Assembly (NCBI GenBank): GCA_016930075.1
Contig: JAFGHS010000050.1
Location: 32,872 to 96,871 of the forward strand
Length of the DNA stretch: 64,000 bases
Reading direction: 5' to 3'
Source of the DNA: Deltaproteobacteria bacterium
GTDB taxonomy: Bacteria > Desulfobacterota > Syntrophia > Syntrophales > JAFGHS01
The notes beneath the pieces are model-generated. The model was not told the DNA's origin, ran no database searches, and worked only from the letters and a program-made list of their open reading frames with translations. The position numbers and the translations under genes are program-made. Below, piece by piece: positions 1-8,562 of the stretch; position 1 is the stretch's first letter, and every line of letters starts with the position of its first letter.

Positions 1-261
1 CACGACATGAACCGCTTTCTGTTCGAAAGCGGAAACGACAAGGACAAACTCAAAGCCGCCGCATATCTGCAGTTTTCCCTGGAACAGCCTCCCGTTATTT
101 ATTATGGAACGGAGGTCGGGATGACCCATGAATCTCCGGTGAGCGTCGGCATTCCGCATTCGGATCTCCAGGCCAGGCAGCCGATGCTCTGGAGCAGGCA
201 GGACAAGGGGCTTCTTTCATTTTACAAGATATTGATCCATCGGAGAAAACAAGTCCATTGA
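1..261 (+). CDS. GH13 alpha-amylase-family glycoside hydrolase, C-terminal fragment (5' end outside window)
   Basis: Frame 1 is open from base 1 (H-D precede the ATG at 7). HDMNRF resembles GH13 conserved region IV (NHDxxR), and PPVIYYGTEVGM is typical of the following strand. Stop at 259-261. Confidence 0.6.
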   Translation, partial: HDMNRFLFESGNDKDKLKAAAYLQFSLEQPPVIYYGTEVGMTHESPVSVGIPHSDLQARQPMLWSRQDKGLLSFYKILIHRRKQVH

Positions 262-560
262 GTCTTCATGAAGAGCTGAAATATTCTGAACAAAGGAGCA
301 ACACATAGGTGTCGATACTTTTTTCACCATTTAAATTGAGTGATCCTGGGCTGCAAAACCGTTTTGTTTTTTCCACCCGTGAAGACAATCTTGCCGCCGA
401 TCGGGGGTGGGTGATAAAGAAGAATCGTGAGCAAACTGCGGCGGCCGGGGTCGGTGGCATTCAGCTACATGCGGCCTGCATCAGTTGCAACCGGTGTTTT
501 TTGCATCGGCCTATGATCTTCCCGTCCGCTGTTATGGCAAGGGCCTGCCTGTCTAATAAC

Positions 561-599
561 AAAAGGGGACGTTTTGCATTGAGCACTCCGTCCCCTTTT
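561..599 (-). terminator. Rho-independent terminator downstream of the thiolase gene (possibly bidirectional)
   Basis: AAAAGGGGACG (561-571) pairs with CGTCCCCTTTT (589-599) across a 17-nt loop. On the minus strand the stem is followed by TTTTGTT. It lies 20 nt after the thiolase stop and between convergent genes. Confidence 0.55.
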
Positions 600-619
600 C
601 ATTGAGATCCTTTTTCTGA

Positions 620-1828
620 TTATCGTTGCAGATTTTCGATAACCGTGGCAACACCCAATCCGCCGCCGCAGCAGGAGCTGAAGAATCCGTATCTTCCGCC
701 CTTCCGGATCAGGTGGCGCATGGTGAACATACAGATTCTGGAGCCGGATGCGCCGTTGGGATGGCCGTAGGAAATAGCGCCTCCCATGGGGTTCCATTTT
801 TCACGATCCACTTTTTCACCCATCTGTTTTTCCAGTTCTTTGATGACCGCCAGGTTCTGCACGGCAAAGGCCTCGTTGCATTCCATGTGATCGAAATCGG
901 ACAGCTTCAAGCCCGCGCGCCTGATGGCGAGGGGCAGGGCATAGGCCGGGGCGATGCCCATAATCGTGGGATCGACGCCGTAGTCGCCGCCGGAGATCCA
1001 TTTTGCCATGGGGGTATAGCCCAGTTCCAGGGCCTTTTCTTTGCTCATCATCAGGACAAAAGCGGCGCCGTCGTTCTGTCCGGAAGAATTTCCCGCCGTA
1101 ACCGTTCCGCCCTCTTTAAATGCTGGCGGAAGCTTGGCCATACCTTCCAGTGTGCTTTCGGGCCGGGGATGTTCGTCCTTATCGAAGATGATATCCGGGG
1201 TTTTCCTGCTTCCCTTAATGATTACGGGAACGATTTCATCCTTGAAATAATTATTATCCATCGCCATCTTCGTTCTCATCTGGCTGTCGTAGGCAAATTT
1301 GTCGGCATCTTCCCTGGGGATGTTGTACATGACCTGCAGCTTTTCCGCCGTGAGTCCCATGCCGAGGTTTTCTTCTTCAACGGGGGACAGCATGCGGGTG
1401 ATGGGGGTCGGTGGAATCAGCTTGTAGGGTTGAACGGACATGGAAAATTTTGCGGGCATCTGGCTGTAAGATTCCATGCCGCCGGCAATGATAATGTCCG
1501 CATGGTTGCAGAGTATTTTCCAGGCCGCGTGGTTGATGGAATCGATAGCCGAGCCGCACTGCATTTCAATATAGGACGCCGACGTTGAATGGGGCAATCC
1601 TGCGTCGAGCGCTGCCCATCGGGCAGGGTTCAAGGTGTGGGAACAATGAGCCGCTGATCCGGCAAACACGCAATCCACATGGGCCTTTTCTGCGATCTTT
1701 GTTTTATCAAGCAGGCCTTTCAGTGCGATACTGGCGAGCTTTGAACAAAAAATGTCTCGCAGGGTTCCACCCAGTCTGCCAAAGGGGGTTCGCATACCGT
1801 CTACAAATACTACTTCTCTTTCTGCCAT
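620..1828 (-). CDS. Acetyl-CoA C-acetyltransferase (thiolase II family)
   Basis: 402 aa. Thiolase hallmarks are present: active-site Cys context [22 protein letters not shown], and C-terminal CCGGGLG. Confidence 0.9.
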   Translation of the reverse strand: MAEREVVFVDGMRTPFGRLGGTLRDIFCSKLASIALKGLLDKTKIAEKAHVDCVFAGSAAHCSHTLNPARWAALDAGLPHSTSASYIEMQCGSAIDSINHAAWKILCNHADIIIAGGMESYSQMPAKFSMSVQPYKLIPPTPITRMLSPVEEENLGMGLTAEKLQVMYNIPREDADKFAYDSQMRTKMAMDNNYFKDEIVPVIIKGSRKTPDIIFDKDEHPRPESTLEGMAKLPPAFKEGGTVTAGNSSGQNDGAAFVLMMSKEKALELGYTPMAKWISGGDYGVDPTIMGIAPAYALPLAIRRAGLKLSDFDHMECNEAFAVQNLAVIKELEKQMGEKVDREKWNPMGGAISYGHPNGASGSRICMFTMRHLIRKGGRYGFFSSCCGGGLGVATVIENLQR

Positions 1829-2159
1829 AATGCCTCCTAAATTGATTTTATTTGTTGTCGCTCATGTTGATGTGAAAACAGGGTGCAAACCGGGAATCCT
1901 GGGAATGTGCATCGATGCCGTGAGCAGCGCCGGAGTTGAAAAATGGATAGAGACCTGAAACGATCCGCTATAATTCATGGTCACCACTTACAACTCCCTT
2001 GTTCCTACTACACCTGTTTTCATGCCTCTTGGGCCCCACGGGGTCAAGGGGATTACTTCAAAAGCGCAAAGCATCCTATATCAAATTATGAAAAAATACG
2101 AAATGATAAAAAATCAGTTTATTATACTGAAGGTCTCAAGGGTTTAAGGATGCAGTTCT

Positions 2160-3146
2160 TCAGGATTTGACGCCTTTGTAAATAAAACGTTCCAATAACC
2201 GGTGAAAGGGGGTCCATTCGGAATCGCCTGCCGGGGCGTATTCCTGGAATGCATTGACTTTGGCGTCCATGTCGTCGATGTGATGAACGATGAGGGCTTC
2301 CAGTGTCTTGGGTCGTTTGGGAGAGCCGAACTCCAGCTCGCCGTGGTGGCTCAGGATCAGATGGCGAAGTTCCATGGCCGTCTGTTCGGGGAAATCTTTG
2401 ATGGCGGCTATTCCGGCGTTCACCATTTCCATGCCGATGATGATATGTCCGATCAGCCTTCCTTCATCGGTGTAGTCATAGACGCCGTCAAAGGAGAGCT
2501 CGTGAATTTTGCCGATATCGTGGAGGATGCCGCCGGCAATGAGAAGGTCATGGTTTACGCCCTGATAATGACCTGCCGCGAATTTGAGGAGGCGCGTTAC
2601 GGAAAGGGTGTGTTCGAGAAGGCCGCCGATGTAGACATGGTGAAAGCCTTTTGCGGCGGGCGCCTGTTTGAACAACGCCGCTGTCTCATCGTTCTGCAAA
2701 AACGCCGAGACAAGTTCCTTCAGGCAGGGCGATTCCATTTTATCGACAAACTCAAGAATCTCCGCATACATGGTTTCAATATCATATTTTGACGATGGGA
2801 AATAATCGGCCGGATCGATTTCTTCCGGGTTCGCCTGCTTCATCGCAAGCACCGAAAGCTGCAGGGCGCTTTTATAGCTGACGGCCCGTGCCGTAATCTG
2901 GATGATGTCGCCTTTTTTGCAGACGTCGTTGAATTCCAGGGCGTTTTCCCAGACCTTGCCGTCCACTTCGCCGGTTTTGTCCTTGAGACGGAGGTTGAGG
3001 TAGGGAGCGCCTTTTTGGCTGAAAGCCAGATTTTTTTCCGTAAGCAGAAATCCGGTGCTGATCTTTTCGCCTGCCTTGATGTCTCTGATGTAAATGTTTT
3101 TTGTTTTCAAATGGTCACCCCGTTTCTGATGCGTGTAAATATTCAT
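2160..3146 (-). CDS. YhaM-family 3'-5' exoribonuclease-like protein (N-terminal OB fold plus HD domain)
   Basis: 328 aa. The N-terminal OB-like region (LRLKDKTGEVDGKVWE) is followed by the HD motifs GGLLEHTL, HDIGK and SHHG. Confidence 0.7.
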   Translation of the reverse strand: MNIYTHQKRGDHLKTKNIYIRDIKAGEKISTGFLLTEKNLAFSQKGAPYLNLRLKDKTGEVDGKVWENALEFNDVCKKGDIIQITARAVSYKSALQLSVLAMKQANPEEIDPADYFPSSKYDIETMYAEILEFVDKMESPCLKELVSAFLQNDETAALFKQAPAAKGFHHVYIGGLLEHTLSVTRLLKFAAGHYQGVNHDLLIAGGILHDIGKIHELSFDGVYDYTDEGRLIGHIIIGMEMVNAGIAAIKDFPEQTAMELRHLILSHHGELEFGSPKRPKTLEALIVHHIDDMDAKVNAFQEYAPAGDSEWTPFHRLLERFIYKGVKS

Positions 3147-3222
3147 TTTCCTCCCCGGACGCAGCCGATGAGGGTTGTTCCCGCGTCTGTCGATGTGTGA
3201 AGATTTATAGATGCCGCCTTCC

Positions 3223-5133
3223 TTATTTTTCTCTCAGGATCCGTTGATCACCGGCCCTTATGGTCAGCTTCACCATATCGAAATATTCCATCATGGGGAT
3301 AATGAATTTCCGGGACAATCCGGTCAATTCCTTGAAAGTCGCCGGCGTTGCCTTGCCGTCTTTTAAAAGGAGATTTTTATAGCTTTCCCGTAATCCGGAA
3401 AGTATGTCCTTATGTAAATAGATGTCCTCATTGATTTTCACAAGTGTTCCGTCCTTGATCATGACGGTCATCACTTTACTCAATTGATTCTTGCGCTGGG
3501 AGAATTTTTCCTGGACTTCCTTGATCGTGGGCGCCGCAAGCCCCGCGCTGATGTACAGGTCGGCGACCAGGGCGCGTATTTCGTCCAGTTCGCCCGACAG
3601 ATCGACGCGGTGAGCCGGCAGACGGACCATTTCCTTTTCCGTGACTATCCTGCTGCTTTTTTCCAGGTCTTTGACCGCCGTGTTGAACAGCTTCGGATTG
3701 ATATAATCGCCGAGAACATTTCTCAATTCCTCTTTTGGGATGCCTTCTTTCAGCGGAAATTTATCGTGAAACTGTTTTGTTTCATCAAGGATTTTTTTCT
3801 GAAGGGTCTGGTAAATATCTGTTGAAATGATCCTTGATTCTTCGCCTTCCAGAGCCAGGATTTGACCTTTGCCGTTTAATGATTCCAGGATTTTTTTAAC
3901 GTCATGACCGTTTATGCCCGTTCGCACGATGAGATTGGCCGTTGTGATCCCTTCATACCCCGTTCTTTCAATGACAGCCGCCGTTTTTCCCACATTCGGA
4001 CCGTTTTGCAGAAGGGAAAATTCACGCATGATCGCGTCGTCATGCCGTCTGTGCTTGCGGGGGAGGGGATCGATGATAATGCCGCCGCCGATGGTGGTGA
4101 CGGGCGAATAACGCCGGACGACAAACCGGTCTTTCGCGGCGGCAACAATGGGCGATTCGAGGTTGATCTGTGCGTAAGCCTGCTGTCCCGGTTCCAGTTC
4201 ATCCCGGTCGAGCAGAATCAATCGGGCCATGATTTCACTGGTTCCCGCGTGAAAGCGCACGATGGTCCTGTTTTTGATTTTTTTGGCCGCCTCGGGCAGG
4301 TAATCGAAAATAACGTCGAGGCGGCGGGTCGGTTCAAAGGTGCCGACGCCGGCAAGGACATGGCCCCGTTCGATGCTGCTCTTTTCCGTTCCCTGAAGAT
4401 TGATGGCGGTTCGTTGTCCCGCTTCTGCCCTTTCTGCCGGCTGATTGTGGATCTGGATGCCCCGGATCTTGGCGGTGTCCGGGCCGGGTAAAATCTGTAT
4501 GGTGTCTCCCACGTTGATTTGCCCCGACGTCACCGTGCCTGTGACAACGGTTCCGAATCCCTTCATTGTGAAGACCCGGTCCACAGGCAAACGGAAAAGG
4601 CCCGTATCGGATTTTTCTTTTATCTCGGATGATGCCTTGTCCAGGGCCTCAAGAATCTCCGGCAGGCCCGCCCCTGTTGCGGCGGATACGGGGATAATGG
4701 GCGATCCATCCAGGAAGCTTCCTTCGAGAAAAGTATGAATGTCGTCTTTGACCAGTTCCAGCCAGTCCTCATCGACCATATCGATCTTCGTAAGGGCGAC
4801 CAGTCCTTGTTGAATGCCTAAAAGAGAACAGATTTGAAGATGTTCGCGCGTTTGCGGCATAACGCCCTCATCCGCGGCGATGACCATCAGGACGAGATCG
4901 ATGCCCGTAGCGCCGGACACCATGTGCTTGACAAACTTTTCATGGCCCGGCACGTCGATGATGCCCATGGTCATGCCGTTTGGAAGGTGGAGCGAAGCGA
5001 ACCCGAGTTCAATGGTGATGCCCCGCTCTTTTTCCTCTTTGAGCCTGTCCGTATCGATGCCGGTAAGGGCTTTGATCAGGGCGGTCTTGCCGTGATCGAC
5101 ATGCCCCGCCGTTCCTAAAATGATGTGTTTCAT
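3223..5133 (-). CDS. selB: Selenocysteine-specific translation elongation factor SelB
   Basis: GTPase motifs [14 protein letters not shown] and TKID are followed by EF-Tu-like domains II/III and a long C-terminal winged-helix extension typical of bacterial SelB. The start is placed at ATG 5133 ([17 protein letters not shown]); the ORF extends to a GTG at 5166. Confidence 0.85.
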   Translation of the reverse strand: MKHIILGTAGHVDHGKTALIKALTGIDTDRLKEEKERGITIELGFASLHLPNGMTMGIIDVPGHEKFVKHMVSGATGIDLVLMVIAADEGVMPQTREHLQICSLLGIQQGLVALTKIDMVDEDWLELVKDDIHTFLEGSFLDGSPIIPVSAATGAGLPEILEALDKASSEIKEKSDTGLFRLPVDRVFTMKGFGTVVTGTVTSGQINVGDTIQILPGPDTAKIRGIQIHNQPAERAEAGQRTAINLQGTEKSSIERGHVLAGVGTFEPTRRLDVIFDYLPEAAKKIKNRTIVRFHAGTSEIMARLILLDRDELEPGQQAYAQINLESPIVAAAKDRFVVRRYSPVTTIGGGIIIDPLPRKHRRHDDAIMREFSLLQNGPNVGKTAAVIERTGYEGITTANLIVRTGINGHDVKKILESLNGKGQILALEGEESRIISTDIYQTLQKKILDETKQFHDKFPLKEGIPKEELRNVLGDYINPKLFNTAVKDLEKSSRIVTEKEMVRLPAHRVDLSGELDEIRALVADLYISAGLAAPTIKEVQEKFSQRKNQLSKVMTVMIKDGTLVKINEDIYLHKDILSGLRESYKNLLLKDGKATPATFKELTGLSRKFIIPMMEYFDMVKLTIRAGDQRILREK

Positions 5134-5263
5134 GGCAGTCCCATAACAAACTCGCGGGGTTTTCACAACAGCAAAAGCAGAAAGGGCTTTATTTTGTAAT
5201 TATAATGTTGATATAATCGGTCAAAATTGGTAGAAAGCTCAACTTTGCCTGAGGAAACGCCCA

Positions 5264-5692
5264 ATGAGGATACTGGGGCTCGATTATGGAGATAAGCGCA
5301 TCGGGGTGGCCGTCTCCGATGAACTGGGCTATACAGCCCAGGGTCATTCGACTATTGTGAGAAAAAATCGCCGTCACGATCTGGTAAGGATTGCAGAATT
5401 GGCGGCTAATTACAGTGTCGATGCCATTGTAATCGGCTATCCCGTCCGGCTTGACGGAACCGAAGGCATACAGTGCGAGAAGGTTGATCGTTTCATCGGT
5501 CATCTTGAAGCTTACGTTCAGAAGCCCATTGTCAAATGGGATGAAACGCTGACGACCAAAACGGCGGAGGACATTCTCATTGCCGCCAATATGCGGCGGG
5601 AAAAGAGGAAGAACGTCATCGATAAACTGGCCGCCACGCTGATCCTTCAAGATTATCTCGACCATGCGAAAGATATGAAGAAACGGTCATAG
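5264..5692 (+). CDS. ruvX: Holliday-junction-resolvase-like nuclease RuvX/YqgF
   Basis: 142 aa with the canonical N-terminus MRILGLDYGDKRIGVAVSD. Confidence 0.85.
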   Translation: MRILGLDYGDKRIGVAVSDELGYTAQGHSTIVRKNRRHDLVRIAELAANYSVDAIVIGYPVRLDGTEGIQCEKVDRFIGHLEAYVQKPIVKWDETLTTKTAEDILIAANMRREKRKNVIDKLAATLILQDYLDHAKDMKKRS

Positions 5693-5714
5693 TCGGTAAC
5701 TTGGATATGAAATA

Positions 5715-6740
5715 ATGAAAAGAAAAGGGATTCTATCTTTAAGTATAAAAAAAATAGTTTTCATTGCCGCTGCTGTTTCCTGTTTGTTCGTCTTGACCAT
5801 TCTCATTTACGCCCATACGCCCATCGACGATCGCCGCATTGTTTCACTGGTCGAAATTCCCAAAGGCGCCAGTTTTGTTAAAATCGTCGACATTCTCGAT
5901 CAGAAGGGGCTTGTAGAAATCAAACCGATTTTTTATGTGCTTGCCATCGTAAAAGGTGCGGCAAGGCAGATACGCGCCGGTGAGTATGAATTCGTCAGCA
6001 CCATGACGCCGGACCATATCATTGACAGGCTGGTTCGGGGGGAAATCAAAAAATATAAAGTGATCATTCGGGAAGATTTGACGTTTCGCGACATAGCCGC
6101 CATACTCTCTGCCGACGAATATAAACTGGTGAGCGAAGAAGCCTTTCACGCGGCCGCGTCCGATCCCGTGTTGCTGGCGTCTCTCGGTATTACGGCGGCC
6201 ACGGCGGAGGGTTACCTTTTTCCCGAAACGTATTTTTTTGATCATACCATGAACGCGAGAGACATCATCACGACCATGGTTCATCAATTTCGTAAAAAAG
6301 TAGCGCCGGAGATGATTAAAAAAGCCGAGAAGCTTGGCTTGACGGAAATTGAACTCATTACGCTTGCCTCGCTTATCGGCAAGGAATCAGGCAACAAGCA
6401 GGAAAAAGTAATCATCTCCGCTGTTTTTCACAATCGATTAAAAAAGGGGATGAAACTGCAATCCGATCCGACGGCGATTTATGATCTGTGGAACTTTTCC
6501 GGAGGCATCAAAAGGAGCCATCTGAAAAGGAAATCGCCTTACAATACTTATGTTATAGATAGGTTGCCCCCCGGGCCGATTGCCAATCCCGGGATCGATT
6601 CCCTGGAGGCTGCCGTCAATCCTGCCCCGGTTCCGTATCTCTATTTTGTTTCTCAAAACGACGGAACTCACTATTTTTCTTCTAATCTCTCCGATCACAA
6701 CGAAGCGGCATTAAAATTTCAAATGGCCAAGCAAAAATAG
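5715..6740 (+). CDS. mltG: Endolytic murein transglycosylase MltG (YceG family)
   Basis: 341 aa. An N-terminal TM helix is followed by YceG motifs (EGYLFPETY, ASLIGKES, VFHNRLKKGMKLQSDPT). Confidence 0.85.
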   Translation: MKRKGILSLSIKKIVFIAAAVSCLFVLTILIYAHTPIDDRRIVSLVEIPKGASFVKIVDILDQKGLVEIKPIFYVLAIVKGAARQIRAGEYEFVSTMTPDHIIDRLVRGEIKKYKVIIREDLTFRDIAAILSADEYKLVSEEAFHAAASDPVLLASLGITAATAEGYLFPETYFFDHTMNARDIITTMVHQFRKKVAPEMIKKAEKLGLTEIELITLASLIGKESGNKQEKVIISAVFHNRLKKGMKLQSDPTAIYDLWNFSGGIKRSHLKRKSPYNTYVIDRLPPGPIANPGIDSLEAAVNPAPVPYLYFVSQNDGTHYFSSNLSDHNEAALKFQMAKQK

Positions 6741-6761
6741 TAAAATTTCGTAAAATTTTCC

Positions 6762-6790
6762 TTGACAAACGCCATATCGCTCTTTATAGT
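6762..6790 (+). promoter_or_regulatory. Near-consensus sigma70-type promoter of the dcw cluster (Pmra-like)
   Basis: TTGACA (6762-6767), a 17-nt spacer, then TATAGT (6785-6790), located 45 nt upstream of the proposed mraZ start. Confidence 0.6.
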
Positions 6791-6797
6791 CCGAATC

Positions 6798-6823
6798 GTG
6801 GAGCAAAGTGGATGTTTGTGGAG
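6798..6823 (+). promoter_or_regulatory. Putative MraZ operator: three direct GTGGAG/T boxes at 10-bp periodicity
   Basis: GTGGAG 6798-6803, GTGGAT 6808-6813 and GTGGAG 6818-6823, each separated by 4 nt, directly downstream of the -10 box. MraZ is known to bind short direct repeats with about 10-bp phasing in its own promoter. Confidence 0.55.
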
Positions 6824-6834
6824 GGAAAAATCAA

Positions 6835-7281
6835 GTGTCTGTTTTTCGTGGTCAATATCATCATACAATCGACGAAAAGGGAAGGATTATTTTCCCCGCG
6901 AAGCTTCGCGAAGTATTCAACGAGAAGTATGACAACAGACTGGTCATCACGACCTGGGACGGCTATCTTATGGTCTTCCCGTTCGAGGAATGGCGCATCA
7001 TTGAAGAGAAGTTTTCCCACCAGTCCATCATAAAAAAACAAGTCAGAAAGTTTCAACGCTATTTTTTATCCCCAGCTTGCGATTGCACGATCGATTCCCA
7101 GGGCAGGGTGCTCATTCCGCCGAATCTCCGGGAATACGCGAAACTTGAAAAGGACATCGTCCTGGCAGGGATGACGAAAAACATAGAAATATGGTCCAAG
7201 GATCGTTTTGTTCAGGATATGGCATCTTCCGAAGGCGATCTGGATAGTTTCGGAGATTACATGGCCGATTTGGGCATCTAG
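6835..7281 (+). CDS. mraZ: Transcriptional regulator MraZ
   Basis: [25 protein letters not shown] matches the MraZ N-terminus (FRGxxxxxxDxKGR), and a second DxxGR repeat ([10 protein letters not shown]) is present. GTG 6835 has a GGAGGG RBS at 6820-6825. The track ORF starts at GTG 6808, which lies inside the operator repeats. Confidence 0.9.
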   Translation: MSVFRGQYHHTIDEKGRIIFPAKLREVFNEKYDNRLVITTWDGYLMVFPFEEWRIIEEKFSHQSIIKKQVRKFQRYFLSPACDCTIDSQGRVLIPPNLREYAKLEKDIVLAGMTKNIEIWSKDRFVQDMASSEGDLDSFGDYMADLGI

Positions 7282-7295
7282 CGGAGGCCTGTGAC

Positions 7296-8231
7296 ATGCC
7301 GTTTTACCATATGCCGGTCATGCCGAAAGAGGTGGCAGAGGCCATGAGGTTGAAGCCCGGCGGCATTTACGTTGACGGTACCGTGGGCGGCGGCGGGCAT
7401 GCTCTTGACATACTGGAAAGGATTGCACCGGACGGCGTGCTGATCGGCATCGATCTGGACGATGAAGCTCTGGCGTCGTCAGCGGAACGCTTGAAGCCTT
7501 TCGGCACGCGGAAGATATTGGTGAAGGGGAACTTCGCCGACATTGATGCCATCTTGGGAGGGTTAGGCATAACACAGGTTGACGGCATCCTCTTCGATTT
7601 GGGGGTTTCTTCCCATCAACTGGATACGGCCGACAGGGGTTTCAGCTTTTCCCTCGATGCACGCTTGGATATGCGAATGGATCGAAACGGCCGGTTAAAT
7701 GCTTATGATCTCGTCAATACGTTGCCTCCTCACGATCTGGAGAAGATCATCAGGGAATACGGCGAGGAAATGATGGCAGGAAGAATCGCAAAGGCTGTTG
7801 CACAAAGGAGAAAAACAGCGCCTATTCAAACGACGGCGGAATTGGCGAACCTTGTCTTTCAGGTTTCCCCGCCTGCTATAAGGCGTAAAAGAATTCATCC
7901 GGCGACCAAAACGTTTCAGGCCATCCGCATTGCCGTAAATGACGAACTCCTGAGCCTCCACAAAGGGATTAATCAGGGCATCGATGTCCTGAAGCAAGGC
8001 GGCAGATTTTCCATCATTTCGTTCCATTCCCTGGAAGATCGCATGGTGAAAGATGCTTTTCGATCCTGGGAAAAGGGCTGCATCTGTCCGCCGGGATTTC
8101 CTTTTTGTACATGCAACCGGAAGCCGAAACTAAGGATTGTAAATAAAAAGCCCATCACAGCCGATGACAGGGAGATCGAATCAAACTACCGGTCGCGGAG
8201 CGCCAAGCTCCGAATCGCAGAAAGGGTTTGA
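7296..8231 (+). CDS. rsmH: 16S rRNA (cytosine1402-N4)-methyltransferase RsmH/MraW
   Basis: 311 aa. Contains the SAM-binding DGTVGGGGH, DLGVSSHQLD and FHSLEDR motifs, and sits in the dcw position after mraZ. Confidence 0.92.
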   Translation: MPFYHMPVMPKEVAEAMRLKPGGIYVDGTVGGGGHALDILERIAPDGVLIGIDLDDEALASSAERLKPFGTRKILVKGNFADIDAILGGLGITQVDGILFDLGVSSHQLDTADRGFSFSLDARLDMRMDRNGRLNAYDLVNTLPPHDLEKIIREYGEEMMAGRIAKAVAQRRKTAPIQTTAELANLVFQVSPPAIRRKRIHPATKTFQAIRIAVNDELLSLHKGINQGIDVLKQGGRFSIISFHSLEDRMVKDAFRSWEKGCICPPGFPFCTCNRKPKLRIVNKKPITADDREIESNYRSRSAKLRIAERV

Positions 8232-8234
8232 TGT

Positions 8235-8549
8235 ATGACGGCAACAGAAACAACAACGCCGGATGCAAAAAACAGCGGGGATACAAATATCCGGTATTCG
8301 ACATTCATTATCTTTTCACTGCTGCTCATGGCGGTGGTGCTTCTTTATGTATGGTGTCATCTTCATATGAGGCAGTTGGAATACAGGGTCGCAGAAGAAA
8401 TGGGTATGCAGGAAAGGTTGCTGGAAGAGCAGAAAAGGCTGAAGGTCGAATATGCCACCTTGAAGTCGCCTCAGCGTATTGAAGCCATAGCACGCGATAA
8501 ATTGCAGATGTCCTATCCCGAGCGGGAACAGGTCGTCATTCTGAAATAG
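8235..8549 (+). CDS. ftsL: Cell division protein FtsL
   Basis: 104 aa with a single TM helix followed by a coiled-coil segment. It sits in the conserved slot between rsmH and ftsI. Confidence 0.7.
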   Translation: MTATETTTPDAKNSGDTNIRYSTFIIFSLLLMAVVLLYVWCHLHMRQLEYRVAEEMGMQERLLEEQKRLKVEYATLKSPQRIEAIARDKLQMSYPEREQVVILK

Positions 8550-8562
8550 CAGGTGCGACGAA

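Noticed and set aside
262-560. Possible tRNA-Sec or other small RNA in the 300-nt spacer near the window start (prompted by the nearby selB)
   Set aside because: I could not fold any cloverleaf, found no GGTTCGA-type T-loop box, and saw no match to tRNA-Sec features. The ORFs 266-460 and 309-605 are short and motif-free.
626-1588. 320-aa plus-strand ORF opposite the thiolase gene
   Set aside because: It lies entirely antisense to a CDS with clear thiolase motifs. The product is Gly/Ala/His-rich low-complexity sequence with no motifs, typical of a GC-rich shadow ORF.
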